This document shows, in pieces, positions 18,409 through 29,251 of a stretch of DNA of 64,000 nt; positions within the stretch are counted from its first letter, which is position 1; every line of letters begins with the position of its first letter. The position numbers and the translations under genes are program-made. The DNA is taken from assembly GCA_049302815.1 (NCBI GenBank), contig JBAQMM010000252.1, forward strand, positions 957 through 64,956, written 5' to 3'. This stretch comes from Anaerolineaceae bacterium. Lineage in GTDB: Bacteria; Chloroflexota; Anaerolineae; Anaerolineales; Anaerolineaceae. The notes under the pieces are model-generated. The model saw nothing but the letters and a program-made list of their open reading frames with translations, had not been told where the DNA came from and did not search any database.

Positions 18409-19584
18409 CTAGACAAACTCCATAAATGCCTGGTTGCCCAGCATGATGCCCCGGTGGGTCAACCGCAGGTGTTCTCCATCCGGGAATGGCACCCATTCCA
18501 CCAACTGTTTTTTAAACAGGCGATTTATCTCTTGATCAAAGACCCCTTTTAACTCTTGTTGGTACCGCTCCTGGAAGGCGCTGCAGGAAACGCCCTCGCG
18601 TACCAGCCGCAGACCAAGCAGCATGGTCTCCTGAGCGGAGGTTATTTCATCCAGTTGGATGTGATTGATGTTGGCATTGGTAAACGGGTAAGGGCGGCAG
18701 TTGTTCTGGTCCTGGATGCGACCTATATAGGTTGGAATGTCCCCGACATTTTCAGTTCGATACCCACCGGCACAGCCATGCGCCCCAGCACCAATCCCCA
18801 GATATGGCCAATTTTTCCAGTAGGTTTTGTTGTGCCGCGATTCCCTGGCTTCCGAGGCTGCCCAATTGGAGATCTCGTAATGGTCATAGCCCTGGCTGCG
18901 CAAATACTCCATGGCGAGTTCAAACATATCCGCAGCCAAGTCATCATCGGGCAGTTCAATCAGCTCCTGCTGGACGCGCATTGCCAGGGGCGTTCCCTGC
19001 TCAAGGGTTAAGCTGTAGAGCGACAGATGCTCCGGACTGAGTTTCACCGCCTGAGCCAGATTATTCTCCCAACCCTCCAACGTCTGCCCGGGAATCCCAA
19101 AGATCAGGTCAAGGTTGAGGTTGCCAAAACCAGCTGAACGGGCGGCTTCAATGCTGGTATATGCGTCCTCCACGGTGTGGATCCTGCCAAGGATGTTCAA
19201 TTCCTCTGGAACGAATGACTGTACGCCCAGACTAAGCCGGTTGATTCCAGCCATTCGAATTTCACGGAAAAACCCAGGCTGAATGGTTCCAGGATTGGCT
19301 TCCAGGGTGATTTCTGCGTCTTGATCCAGGTTAAAACCACTTCGGATCGCATCCAGGCAGGCAGCAACCTGGGCAGGAGTAAACAAAGAAGGCGTCCCTC
19401 CGCCGAAATAAACCGTTTCGACTGTATCTTTCTCATCCCTGTGAGCAGCCCCCAAAGATCGTATTTCTGCAATTACAGCATCAGCATACTGCGGGATCAA
19501 ATCTTGTCTGCCGGCATAAGTGATAAAATCACAATAGGAACATCTTTGAATACAAAACGGAATATGAATATACACGCTGAGCAT
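18409..19584 (-). CDS. hemW: Radical SAM heme chaperone HemW (HemN-like, oxygen-independent coproporphyrinogen oxidase family)
   Basis: 391 aa with YIHIPFCIQRCSYCDF (Cx3Cx2C) and GGGTPS. Confidence 0.9.
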   Translation of the reverse strand: MLSVYIHIPFCIQRCSYCDFITYAGRQDLIPQYADAVIAEIRSLGAAHRDEKDTVETVYFGGGTPSLFTPAQVAACLDAIRSGFNLDQDAEITLEANPGTIQPGFFREIRMAGINRLSLGVQSFVPEELNILGRIHTVEDAYTSIEAARSAGFGNLNLDLIFGIPGQTLEGWENNLAQAVKLSPEHLSLYSLTLEQGTPLAMRVQQELIELPDDDLAADMFELAMEYLRSQGYDHYEISNWAASEARESRHNKTYWKNWPYLGIGAGAHGCAGGYRTENVGDIPTYIGRIQDQNNCRPYPFTNANINHIQLDEITSAQETMLLGLRLVREGVSCSAFQERYQQELKGVFDQEINRLFKKQLVEWVPFPDGEHLRLTHRGIMLGNQAFMEFV

Positions 19585-19650
19585 GGCGTTTATTGTAACA
19601 GGGCTTGATTTTTCAGGGCATTTGCCTGGCTTGCAGGTTTCCCTTACCCT

Positions 19651-20829
19651 GTGTATACTAACCCACTGGAAATGAAAAATATGAATCAGGAAAAAAACTC
19701 CAAGAACACCAAGATTTGTCCGGTATGTGGGACGAGATTAAGTGAAAGTGCCACCCGTTGCCTGGTTTGTGGAACGCAGCTCAGTGCCACAGCCGAAGCA
19801 AAAAAGGGTTCGGGCATGCAGCCGAAACGCCTACCTGAAGTCAGGTTGAACTTACCAGTCGCGATCGGATTGGGGCTGGTCTTTCTGGCTGTGGTGGGCT
19901 TGCTGATCTATTTTATCGTACGACCCCCTGAATCTACGGAGGTGGTGGGCACACAGACAGAAACCACCGCCACACTCACCCCCACCGCCACCCTGACGCC
20001 TACCATGACGCTTACAGCCACCCCCGTCCCCACCTGGACGCCACTCCCTCCGATTGCATATACGGTCAAGGGCACGGATTATTGTTCCACCATTGCGGGT
20101 TTGTTCGGGGTTTCCATCCAAAGCATCATCCGGGAAAACAACTTAGACAGCAACTGCACCATCAAAGAGGGCGACGTCCTGATGATCCCACAGCCGACGG
20201 CCACCCCTTCACCTCAGCCAACGGCCACAACAGTGGTCTCGCAATCGACCGAGTCTGATTGTCAGACCGTTACCATTACAGTTGAAGCAGGGTGGACCCT
20301 CAGCAGTATTGCCTTGAACTACAACGTTACCATGTTATCCATCCGTGAATACAACAAAATGCCCAACGAAATAGTGTACGAAGGCATGCCGCTGATCATT
20401 CCTCTGTGTGAACGCAAGCCGACCGCTGGACCAACCCCCACTGCCACCCCGGCGCCACCCTATCCCGCCCCGAATCTGCTGCTCCCCAGTTCCGGCGTTG
20501 CTTTTACCGCTGAAAACGATGCCATCACCTTGCAATGGGCATCCGTAGCCGACTTGCGCTCCAACGAACTCTATCGCGTGACGGTTGAAGACCTGACTGC
20601 CGAGGAAGGTAGAATTCTGGTGGAATACGTATCGGATACCAAGTTTATCCTGCCAACCAGTTTTAGACCCATCGATATGACCCCACACATCATCCAATGG
20701 TCAGTAACAGTGGCACGGCAGATCAACCAGGGTGAAACCAACCCGATTTACGAAGAAGCAGGTTTGGTAAGCGAAAAACGCGTGTTCAGCTGGACAGGTA
20801 CGGGAATTCAGCTGACACCGACCCCGTGA
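19651..20829 (+). CDS. Zinc-ribbon / TM / Thr-Pro-rich linker / LysM-domain protein
   Basis: It has CPVCGTRL...CLVCGT, one TM segment, TATLTPTATLTPTMTLTATP low-complexity linkers and LysM-like segments (YTVKGTDYCSTIAGLFGVS..., GWTLSSIALNYNV...). The start could be ATG 19672 or 19681. Confidence 0.7.
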   Translation: MYTNPLEMKNMNQEKNSKNTKICPVCGTRLSESATRCLVCGTQLSATAEAKKGSGMQPKRLPEVRLNLPVAIGLGLVFLAVVGLLIYFIVRPPESTEVVGTQTETTATLTPTATLTPTMTLTATPVPTWTPLPPIAYTVKGTDYCSTIAGLFGVSIQSIIRENNLDSNCTIKEGDVLMIPQPTATPSPQPTATTVVSQSTESDCQTVTITVEAGWTLSSIALNYNVTMLSIREYNKMPNEIVYEGMPLIIPLCERKPTAGPTPTATPAPPYPAPNLLLPSSGVAFTAENDAITLQWASVADLRSNELYRVTVEDLTAEEGRILVEYVSDTKFILPTSFRPIDMTPHIIQWSVTVARQINQGETNPIYEEAGLVSEKRVFSWTGTGIQLTPTP

Positions 20830-20844
20830 CCGCTGATAGTAAGG

Positions 20845-21795
20845 TTAGCTTTCCTGAGATTCCAGGTAACGAATTGCCTGGATGGCAGCGGCTGCCCCCA
20901 TGCCGGCTGAGGTGATTACCTGCCGGTAGTTTGGGTCTGCAATCTCGCCCGCCGCGAAAACGCCCGGTACGTTTGTCTCCATCAGTGTATTGATGCGAAC
21001 GTAACCGTTCGGTTCAAGCGCCACCCGACCTTCAAGGATTTCGGCGTTAGGTTTGTGCCCGATGAAGATGAACACTCCATTGCTGGCAATTTCTCTGATT
21101 TCCCCGGTCTTCACATTCTGAATGGACAAACCGGACACGGATTCTTCGCCCCGGATTTCACTAACCACCGTATCCCACAGGAAATGGATCCTGGGGGTGG
21201 CTTTAGCCCGGTTCTCGAGGATCGCGCCCGCCCTAAGCTGGTCTCGCCGGTGGATAACTGTAACGCTCCTGGCAAAGCGGGTTAGGAACAGGCTTTCTTC
21301 CAAAGCGCTATCACCACCTCCCACCACATGAATGTCCTTCTCTTTATAGAACCAGCCGTCGCAGGTAGCACAGTACGACACTCCCCGCCCGGAAAGTTCC
21401 TTTTCACCCGGCACACCCAGTTTTCTCGCCTCAGCTCCCATCGCCAGGATAATCGCATCAACGCTCAGGTTTTTGCTGTATGTCTTCAGCTCGAAAGGTC
21501 TTCTGGATAAGTCGAGTGATTCAACCGGCTCATACTCCACTTTTCCCCCGAATCTGACAGCCTGCTCTTCAAAGAGCTGCCCCAGTTCCATCCCGCCAAT
21601 TCCCTTGGGAAATCCCGGGTAATTCTCAATGGTATGCGTCAGGGAGACCTGACCGTAAAGCAGCATGCCGGAAAAAATGAGCGGCTTCAGATCCGCGCGG
21701 GCGGCATAGATTCCGGCGGCAAGTCCTGCGGGTCCAGACCCAAGAATAACCAGTTTTTGGTGATCAAGTGATTTCATAACCCATCTCTGGAGCAA
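20845..21795 (-). CDS. trxB: Thioredoxin-disulfide reductase
   Basis: It has GSGPAGLAAGIYAAR, the redox-active CATCDG, and the GGGDSALEE NADPH site. The start is TTG 21795 or ATG 21777. Confidence 0.93.
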   Translation of the reverse strand: MLQRWVMKSLDHQKLVILGSGPAGLAAGIYAARADLKPLIFSGMLLYGQVSLTHTIENYPGFPKGIGGMELGQLFEEQAVRFGGKVEYEPVESLDLSRRPFELKTYSKNLSVDAIILAMGAEARKLGVPGEKELSGRGVSYCATCDGWFYKEKDIHVVGGGDSALEESLFLTRFARSVTVIHRRDQLRAGAILENRAKATPRIHFLWDTVVSEIRGEESVSGLSIQNVKTGEIREIASNGVFIFIGHKPNAEILEGRVALEPNGYVRINTLMETNVPGVFAAGEIADPNYRQVITSAGMGAAAAIQAIRYLESQES

Positions 21796-23151
21796 TTATT
21801 GGGTTTTTCCCGATGCTAGATCTACATCTGCCAACGTCAGAGCAGAATCAATGACATCAATGCCTTCTTTGAGCTGTTCATCAGTGATGATCAGCGGGGG
21901 CATGACCAGGAGCATATGGAAAGTGTTATACATAAACACCCCATGCCCGGCGATGTAATCTTTGACCTTCTTCATCGTGGTTCCCAACGGCCTGCCGGGT
22001 TCGGTCAGAGGTTCCTTGGTGCCGCGATCCTTTACTAACTCGATCGCAGCGAACAGACCAATCGAACGAACTTCCCCCACGCAGGGATGCTTCGCCATCA
22101 ATTCTGCCAGCAATTTTTTCAATGTTTCACCCCGAAGTGTGGCGTTTTCAAGCAGTCTTTCGTTTTCAATCACCTCGATATTGGCAATCGCGGCTGCCAG
22201 GGAAACCGGGTGACCGTTGTATGTCAGCCCGCCAAAATACATCTGGTTGTTGTAGTGCGCCGCGATTTCCCTTTTCATTGCCACCGCTCCCAGGGGGGCA
22301 TAAGCGGAAGTAAGCCCTTTTGCCATGGTGATGATGTCCGGAACGATGCCCCAATGCTCGAAAGCAAACCACTTGCCAGTTCGTCCGAAACCACACATGA
22401 CTTCGTCGGTGATCATCAGGATGTTGTATTTGTCACATAAAGCCCGGACACCCTGCAAATATCCATCCGGGGGAATGATGATACCGTTCGTACCGGTCAC
22501 CGTTTCCAAAAGGATGGCGGCTATAGTCTCAGCACCTTCGTAACGGATGATTTCCTCCAGGTGGTCAAGATACGCCCGGCAAAATTGAGCCTCGCTCACA
22601 TCCGGCCGGCCATGGAAGAAGACTGAGCGGTAACGAGAAGGGTCAAGAAAATGCACCACTCCAGGCATGGTGTTTGGTTCCCAGTGCAGCCGGCGATAAT
22701 CGCCGGTCAGAGCCATGGCACCCATGGTTGCTCCATGATAGGAACGATAACGGGTCAGGATCTTGAACTTCCCCGTGAAGTCCCTGGCAAGTTTTATGGC
22801 GTTCTCATTGGCATCGGAACCGCCTAATGTGTACAGGAAATGATCCAAGCCAGGGGGCGTCAGGGATGCCAGCTTCTGACCCAGCAGTGCCCGCGGCTTG
22901 GTCACCATGTGCGGTCCTGCGAAGGTCAATTCGCGGATCTGTTCAATCATGGCTTCCTGCACATGCTCATTCCCATGACCAATATTCACACACATCACCG
23001 TTGAATTGAAATCCAGGTATCTTTTTCCGTCTGCATCCCAAAAGTAAACCCCCTTTGCTTTATTGATGTGAATGATTGAGGGATTTTGTTGGGCAGACCA
23101 GGTCCAAAAATTATGTTTCATGGAGAGGGATAACATTTCGTCCTCTGGCAT
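21796..23151 (-). CDS. Class III (omega) aminotransferase
   Basis: 451 aa with SYHG, ITDEVMCGFGRTG and a MAKGLTS PLP-lysine context. Confidence 0.87.
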   Translation of the reverse strand: MPEDEMLSLSMKHNFWTWSAQQNPSIIHINKAKGVYFWDADGKRYLDFNSTVMCVNIGHGNEHVQEAMIEQIRELTFAGPHMVTKPRALLGQKLASLTPPGLDHFLYTLGGSDANENAIKLARDFTGKFKILTRYRSYHGATMGAMALTGDYRRLHWEPNTMPGVVHFLDPSRYRSVFFHGRPDVSEAQFCRAYLDHLEEIIRYEGAETIAAILLETVTGTNGIIIPPDGYLQGVRALCDKYNILMITDEVMCGFGRTGKWFAFEHWGIVPDIITMAKGLTSAYAPLGAVAMKREIAAHYNNQMYFGGLTYNGHPVSLAAAIANIEVIENERLLENATLRGETLKKLLAELMAKHPCVGEVRSIGLFAAIELVKDRGTKEPLTEPGRPLGTTMKKVKDYIAGHGVFMYNTFHMLLVMPPLIITDEQLKEGIDVIDSALTLADVDLASGKTQ

Positions 23152-23249
23152 TTTCCGCTCCTTGTGTAATCGAGTGATACGTCAATGCTAACACAATTCA
23201 GGGATTAATCGCATATAATCAACGGAAGTTTTAAGCACAAGGATAATTC

Positions 23250-24620
23250 ATGCAAAACACTCAAAAAGCCCTTCAGTACTTTAATGACCATTACGAAAAT
23301 TACCTGGAGACCTATAAGGATTTCCTGCGCATTCCCTCTATTTCCACAGATCCGGCCTGCAAAGAGCACATGCTCTCAGCCTGCAACTTTCTTGTGGATC
23401 AACTCCGGAAAATGGGAGTCGAAACCATCCAGATTTTTCCCACAGGATTGCACCCGATACTCTTCGCAGAGAAGCGAAGCTCCAGTCCGGACGCTCCCAC
23501 ATTGCTGGTTTATGGTCATTATGATGTCCAACCCCCCAACCCGTTGGACGAATGGCTGACTCCGCCTTTCGAACCTACCCTCCGCGGCGAAAATTTGTAC
23601 GCCCGTGGTGCTTCGGATATGAAAGGGCAGGTGATGGTCACCTTGACTGCGCTTGACAGCGTGTTGAAGAACACGGAGCTGCCCCTCAATGTCAAATTCC
23701 TGTTTGAGGGCGAAGAGGAAGTTGGCTCCCCTTCCCTCGACCCATTTATCGAGTCCCACCAGGATCTCTTGAAGTGCGATATGGTCCTGAATCCCGATTC
23801 AGGCATGGTAGGAGCCGATCTACCCACGTTGGTCTACGGCTTGCGTGGGCTGCTCTACTTTGAAGTTCGCATCGATGGACCGAAGGCAGATCTCCATTCT
23901 GGTTTGTTCGGAGGTGTGGTTGCCAACCCTGCCATTGTTCTTTCCGAGATCATCGCCAAACTGCATCATCCCGATGGCTCCATCGCGATTCCCGGCTTCT
24001 ATGATCAGGTCATTCCGCTCACGCCAGAGGACCGGCTTAAGATTGCCGCGCTGCCAACCAGCGAGGATGATTACTTAAAAATATCCGGCGTCCCGGCTCT
24101 TTTCGGTGAGGTAGGCTACACCCCGCTCGAACGCTCCAGTGCGAGACCAACCCTCGATGTGAACGGTTTCTATTCCGGCTTCATCAGTGAGGGCAGCAAG
24201 ACGATCATTCCAGCCTATGCCAAAGCCAAGATATCCTGCCGCCTGGTGCCGAACCAGGATCCGGATAAAATTTACAGGTTGACAAAACAGTACATCGAAA
24301 GTCTGGTGCCTTCAACGGTTCACGCTACGATTTTTAAGCATTCGGGCGCGCCGGCTTACCTGGCAGAGAATGCCCCCGGACTTTCCAATTTGACCAATGC
24401 TCTGACTGAAACCTGGAACAAGCCTGTTTTACTCAAACGGGAAGGCGGCAGTATTCCAGTAGCAACCACCATGTTGAATTTCCTGGGCGTCAAATCGCTC
24501 CTGACCGGCTTCGGCTTACCTGACGATAATATCCATTCTCCCAATGAACATCAACACCTGCCCACCTGGAAGAAAGGCGTTGAGACTTTGATCCGCTTTT
24601 ACACGAGTTTTGCAAAATGA
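23250..24620 (+). CDS. M20-family metallopeptidase/dipeptidase
   Basis: 456 aa with GHYDVQP, ARGASDMKG, EGEEEVGS and a C-terminal HSPNE. Confidence 0.85.
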   Translation: MQNTQKALQYFNDHYENYLETYKDFLRIPSISTDPACKEHMLSACNFLVDQLRKMGVETIQIFPTGLHPILFAEKRSSSPDAPTLLVYGHYDVQPPNPLDEWLTPPFEPTLRGENLYARGASDMKGQVMVTLTALDSVLKNTELPLNVKFLFEGEEEVGSPSLDPFIESHQDLLKCDMVLNPDSGMVGADLPTLVYGLRGLLYFEVRIDGPKADLHSGLFGGVVANPAIVLSEIIAKLHHPDGSIAIPGFYDQVIPLTPEDRLKIAALPTSEDDYLKISGVPALFGEVGYTPLERSSARPTLDVNGFYSGFISEGSKTIIPAYAKAKISCRLVPNQDPDKIYRLTKQYIESLVPSTVHATIFKHSGAPAYLAENAPGLSNLTNALTETWNKPVLLKREGGSIPVATTMLNFLGVKSLLTGFGLPDDNIHSPNEHQHLPTWKKGVETLIRFYTSFAK

Positions 24621-25537
24621 CCAATTCACCCGATACTGCATTGAGAATGCCAGCTTATGGTGGTCAGGCAGTCATGGAAGGGGTCATGATGCGCGGCAAG
24701 AAAAATGTTGCCATGGCTGTGCGTGCCCCCAATGGCGAGATAGTTACTTTTGAAGAGCAACTGCCCTCTTTCTATCAATCCAAATGGGCGAAAATGCCCT
24801 TTGTACGCGGTCTGATCAGCCTGTGGGATTCACTTGGGCTTGGAATGCGCTACTTAACCAAATCAGCCAACGTGCAGACTGGCGAGGATGAAAAACTGGA
24901 AGGCACCACTTTATTCCTGACTATCCTGGTCGCCATCGTCATAGGGGTCGGGATGTTTTTCCTGCTCCCCGCTCTGGTGGCTGGATGGCTGGACGGCCTG
25001 TTCAAGCTTGGTCCGTGGTGGAGCAACCTGCTGGAAGGGCTTCTCCGCCTGATCATTTTGGTCATTTACTTGGCTGCCGTTGGCAAAATGCCTGAGATCA
25101 AACGGACTTTTATGTACCATGGTGCTGAGCATAAAACCATAAACGCTTTCGAAGCCGGTGTGGAATTAACCCCTGAAAATGTGGCCAAACAGACCAAAGT
25201 GCACCCCCGCTGTGGAACCTCCTTTATTTTAACCCTCGTGCTAATTTCAGTGCTGTTTTTCTCGCTATTGGGTCCGTTGCCGCTCGGATGGCGGTTGGTT
25301 TCCAGGATTTTAATGCTGCCCATCGTGGCTGGCATAGCCTACGAATACATACGCTGGGCAGCTCGAGCAATGGAAACCTCCGCGGTGGTGAGATTCTTGA
25401 TCAAACCAAATTTGCTCCTGCAAAAGTTGAGCACCCGGGAACCCTCATTGGATATGCTTGAAGTATCCATCAAAGCTTTTCAAACCATGTATGCCATGGA
25501 AATAAGGGATTCGCAAGCTGCGCCTGGGGCGGTATGA
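24617..25537 (+). CDS. DUF1385-family membrane protein
   Basis: 306 aa with YGGQAVMEGVMMRG, YHGAEHK and several TM segments. It overlaps the preceding gene by 4 nt. Confidence 0.8.
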   Translation: MTNSPDTALRMPAYGGQAVMEGVMMRGKKNVAMAVRAPNGEIVTFEEQLPSFYQSKWAKMPFVRGLISLWDSLGLGMRYLTKSANVQTGEDEKLEGTTLFLTILVAIVIGVGMFFLLPALVAGWLDGLFKLGPWWSNLLEGLLRLIILVIYLAAVGKMPEIKRTFMYHGAEHKTINAFEAGVELTPENVAKQTKVHPRCGTSFILTLVLISVLFFSLLGPLPLGWRLVSRILMLPIVAGIAYEYIRWAARAMETSAVVRFLIKPNLLLQKLSTREPSLDMLEVSIKAFQTMYAMEIRDSQAAPGAV

Positions 25538-26124
25538 AACCCTGGCAGACCATTCTGATAACCATTCTTTGTACGATCCTGGTTATCGGAGTGATTTTCC
25601 TTTTCTTTTTGCCCCAGCGCGGCGAACCAATCCAGCTGGTCACAGTCACACCCGATTTGACCCCCCACCCATCGCCTACTGTCGTGCTTATCCAGGTGCA
25701 TGTGGCCGGAGCAGTCAGCCAGCCCGGCGTTTATTCCTTTCCGCCAGGTGCACGTAACCAGGATGCCATCAATGCTGCCGGCGGATCCACGGCTGATGCA
25801 GATCTTGAGCGCTTGAACCTGTCCGCTTTCCTTACTGACGGGGAACGGCTGTACATCCCGATCAAGGGTCAGCCAATTCCAACGGATGAAACCTCCAGGA
25901 GTTCCACTGTTGACCAGAGCGCTACCGGTCTGGTTAATATCAATACCGCCAATGTCAATGAACTGATGACCCTGCCCGGCATTGGCAGTTCCAAAGCCGA
26001 CGCAATCCTGATCTACAGAACTGATCATGGTCCTTTCACGCAAATCGAAGAGCTCTTGGATGTCCCAGGTATTGGTTCAGCAATTCTGGAAGACATCAGA
26101 CCATTGATCACACTGGGTCCATAA
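25534..26124 (+). CDS. comEA: ComEA-family DNA-binding protein (SLBB + helix-hairpin-helix)
   Basis: It has an N-terminal TM, VHVAGAV..PGVY and INTANVNELMTLPGIGSSKADAIL..R...GPF..IEEL..V.GIG. Confidence 0.85.
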   Translation: MKPWQTILITILCTILVIGVIFLFFLPQRGEPIQLVTVTPDLTPHPSPTVVLIQVHVAGAVSQPGVYSFPPGARNQDAINAAGGSTADADLERLNLSAFLTDGERLYIPIKGQPIPTDETSRSSTVDQSATGLVNINTANVNELMTLPGIGSSKADAILIYRTDHGPFTQIEELLDVPGIGSAILEDIRPLITLGP

Positions 26125-26173
26125 CGCCAGTTTCAGGGATAGAGGGTGCGGTCGGGCAGAGACGGGTATAATT

Positions 26174-26632
26174 ATGCCCATGGATTACAACTCGATACTT
26201 CAAGATCATTTGCATAAAGCCATGAAGGAAAATGATGTCCTTCTAAAACGTGTCATCCGATTACTGATGTCTTCCATCCAGCTGGCTGAAGTGGCGAAAG
26301 GTTCCTCCCTTGACCAATCAGAGTTCATCGCTATCGTCCAAAAGGAAATAAAGACTAAAAATGACACGATCGCCGATGCCAAAAAAGCCAATCGACCTGA
26401 GATGGTGGCAGAATCCGAGCAGGAAATCAGGGCACTCGAAGCTTACCTGCCTCAACAACTCTCAGAAAATGAACTTATTCAAATGGCTGGGGAAATCATT
26501 CGTGAAACCAATGCCACCTCGGTAAAAGATATGGGAAAGGTCTTAAAGGTCCTCATTCCCAAGTTGGCAGGTCGTGCGACTAATCAAGACGCCAGTCGTA
26601 TTGTGAAGGATTGCCTTTCAAAACTTTCTTGA
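26174..26632 (+). CDS. GatB/YqeY-domain protein
   Basis: 152 aa. It matches the typical YqeY pattern L...L..AMK..D......R.L.S.I...E... Confidence 0.82.
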   Translation: MPMDYNSILQDHLHKAMKENDVLLKRVIRLLMSSIQLAEVAKGSSLDQSEFIAIVQKEIKTKNDTIADAKKANRPEMVAESEQEIRALEAYLPQQLSENELIQMAGEIIRETNATSVKDMGKVLKVLIPKLAGRATNQDASRIVKDCLSKLS

Positions 26633-26638
26633 CTTGAC

Positions 26639-28783
26639 ATGGTAACCAGGAAAGAAAACGAAAAAAAGCTGGGTGTGTTCACTCAGGGCGTGCTTAAAAC
26701 CCTTGTCCTGATCGTCACGTGTGTGCTCGTGTACGCGGCGTTGGTGCTGCCTGATGTCGTCCAGAATTCCAACGTGCCGGCCGGGGTTGGCGAAGTGGCC
26801 GGGCAGGAAATACTTGCCCCCTATTCGGTCACATATGAGAGCAAGGTGTTTACCGAGCGAGCCCGCAAGGAAGCGGCTGCGGCAGTCGAACCAGTTCATC
26901 TGCCTGCTGACCCCAGCATAGCCAGGCACCAGCTTGAAAACCTGAACAGCATCCTTTATTACATATCAACGGTGCGAAAAGACACCTTTGCCACCAGAGA
27001 TCAAAAACTGTCTGATATCGCCTCACTCTCAGAAGTCAGACTGAGCGCGTCTGTTGCCAATCAAATCCTGGATTTGGACGAGCAGTCCTGGCAGGATATT
27101 GAAAACGAATCCAATCGAGTCCTGGAACAGGTCCTGCGGGACACCATTCGCAATGATACTGTTGGTCAGGTACGCGGCAATTTACCTGCTGTCATTGATT
27201 TTTCATTTCCGACAGATGAAAGTCAAATCATCATTGCTTTAATCTCCCCCTTGATTGTTCCTACCAGTCTGTTCAGCGAGGAACAAACCAACGTTGCCAG
27301 GGAACAGGCCAGGGTGACCATAGAACCGATTTCCCGCCAGATCATCGCGGGAGAGGTTTTAGTCCGCCGCGGGCAGATCATACGTGAAGAAGATTATGAA
27401 GCCCTCAATGCCTTCGGCTTAGCCAAACCGGTCAATCAAACCGTCCAATATATCACAAGTGCTGTGTTCGTCGGGATCATAGGGATTCTGACCGCGTTGT
27501 ATTACAAAAAACGCCACGATCAAGCGTTTGCTTCGTTAAGAGCAATCATTGTTGTAGCATCGACCTTCCTGTTCTTTCTGATATTGGGCCGCTTTTTAGT
27601 TATTGACCGCACCGTCGTTCCGTATCTCTATCCAATAGCTGCATTTGGATTGACCATTTCCATTGTTTTCAACCTCGAACTGGGCGTCATTCTCAGCTTT
27701 TTCTTGAGCATCCTAACCGTTTTTGGCAACAGCAGGGAAGCTGAATTGGGACTTTTCTATATGCTCCCCACTCTAGTTGGAATGTTAACGATCGGTCATG
27801 CGCGCAGAATTGGATCATTTATAGGTTCCGGTTTTGTGATTGGCTTAGTTGGAATGGGTATCGTGGTAACCTTTCGCCTGGGCGACACCTACACCGATTT
27901 GCTTGGCTTGACTTCGCTACTCGCCGTATCCTTGATCAACGGGCTTGCCTCCGGCAGCCTGGCTTTGCTGCTGCAATATATCTACTCCCAGTTATTGGAT
28001 ACTCCCACAGCGCTCCAACTGGTGGATATCGCCAGACCGGATCATCCTCTGCTTCAATACATATTACGGAATGCGCCTGGCTCTTATCAGCACAGCCTGC
28101 TGGTATCCAATCTCGGAGAACAAGCCGCTGAAGCCATTGGTGCCGACCGCATGCTTGTGCGGGTGGGGACGCTTTTCCATGATTGCGGCAAGGCGAATAA
28201 TCCCCAGTTCTTCATTGAAAATCAGATAAAGGACAAGATAGATTCCCATGACGACCTGGACCCCGCCGCCTCTGCTGCCACGATCATCCAACACGTCACT
28301 GATGGTGTGGCATTGGCGAAAAAATACCGGCTGCCTTCCCGCGTTGTGGACTTCATCAAAGAACATCACGGCACCATGGTAACCTGGTACCAATATTCCC
28401 AGGCGCTTGCCGCCGCGGAAAATCCGGAAGATGTGGATAAATCCCTCTTCACCTACCCGGGTCCCAAACCGCAATCGCGGGAAACTGCCATCCTTATGCT
28501 CGCGGATGGCACAGAAGCGCGGACGAGGGCGGAATCCCCCAAAACGGAAGAGGAATTGCGCACGCTCATTCAGAAATCCATCGATAAGTATAAAAATGAA
28601 GGTCAACTGGATGATACCGATCTGACCCTGAACGACCTGAAAACCATCGCGGCTTCATTCTATGAGACTTTGCAAAGGTCCTACCATCCCCGCATCCAGT
28701 ATCCCGAGTTAAAAAACAGCAGGACAGAGCCAGTCAAGGTCACCTTGCCCTCCGATACCAACCATCAAGTCGGAAAGGAGTGA
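26639..28783 (+). CDS. 7TM-HD membrane phosphohydrolase (PgpH/YqfF-like HDIG protein)
   Basis: 714 aa with an extracellular N-domain, a 7-TM block, and an HD domain (HSLLVSNL...LFHDCGK...HHG). Confidence 0.85.
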   Translation: MVTRKENEKKLGVFTQGVLKTLVLIVTCVLVYAALVLPDVVQNSNVPAGVGEVAGQEILAPYSVTYESKVFTERARKEAAAAVEPVHLPADPSIARHQLENLNSILYYISTVRKDTFATRDQKLSDIASLSEVRLSASVANQILDLDEQSWQDIENESNRVLEQVLRDTIRNDTVGQVRGNLPAVIDFSFPTDESQIIIALISPLIVPTSLFSEEQTNVAREQARVTIEPISRQIIAGEVLVRRGQIIREEDYEALNAFGLAKPVNQTVQYITSAVFVGIIGILTALYYKKRHDQAFASLRAIIVVASTFLFFLILGRFLVIDRTVVPYLYPIAAFGLTISIVFNLELGVILSFFLSILTVFGNSREAELGLFYMLPTLVGMLTIGHARRIGSFIGSGFVIGLVGMGIVVTFRLGDTYTDLLGLTSLLAVSLINGLASGSLALLLQYIYSQLLDTPTALQLVDIARPDHPLLQYILRNAPGSYQHSLLVSNLGEQAAEAIGADRMLVRVGTLFHDCGKANNPQFFIENQIKDKIDSHDDLDPAASAATIIQHVTDGVALAKKYRLPSRVVDFIKEHHGTMVTWYQYSQALAAAENPEDVDKSLFTYPGPKPQSRETAILMLADGTEARTRAESPKTEEELRTLIQKSIDKYKNEGQLDDTDLTLNDLKTIAASFYETLQRSYHPRIQYPELKNSRTEPVKVTLPSDTNHQVGKE

Positions 28784-28786
28784 AAA

Positions 28787-29251
28787 TTGATTGACTTTTC
28801 CATACCCCAAAAATACCGTTCCACCACCGATACGAAGCGCCTCAATCTGGCATTGGAGACAACTCTCCACCAATTGGGAATCAACCATGATGAGGCAATT
28901 ACTCTAAAAATTACGGATAATAAATCCATCCAAAAATTGAATCGCCTCTATCGCCAATTCGATGAACCTACCGATGTTTTATCCTTTGAAAATGATTATG
29001 TGGATCTCGAGACCGGGATTCATTTTCTCGGAGACATTGTAATTTCCTACGAAAAAGCCCTGATGCAGGCTCAATCGCAGAATCATCTGTTCCAGCAGGA
29101 GCTGGAGATGCTACTCATCCATGGTATTCTGCATCTTTGTGGATACGATCATCTGGATGAAGATGAATTTCTTGAGATGAGCCAACAGCAGGACGCGATT
29201 CTCTCCGCCATCAATAACCCACTCTTGAAAAGCATCTACCATGATGAGTAG
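28787..29251 (+). CDS. ybeY: rRNA maturation endoribonuclease YbeY
   Basis: It has HGILHLCGYDH, the zinc-binding H3 motif. The start is TTG, preceded by AAGGAG. Confidence 0.92.
   Translation: MIDFSIPQKYRSTTDTKRLNLALETTLHQLGINHDEAITLKITDNKSIQKLNRLYRQFDEPTDVLSFENDYVDLETGIHFLGDIVISYEKALMQAQSQNHLFQQELEMLLIHGILHLCGYDHLDEDEFLEMSQQQDAILSAINNPLLKSIYHDE

Noticed and set aside
19960-20050. Apparent tandem nucleotide repeat (ACC/GCC/ACG-rich).
   Set aside because: It is in-frame Thr/Pro/Ala low-complexity linker coding (TATLTPTATLTPTMTLTATP) inside the LysM protein gene, not an independent repeat element or CRISPR-like array.
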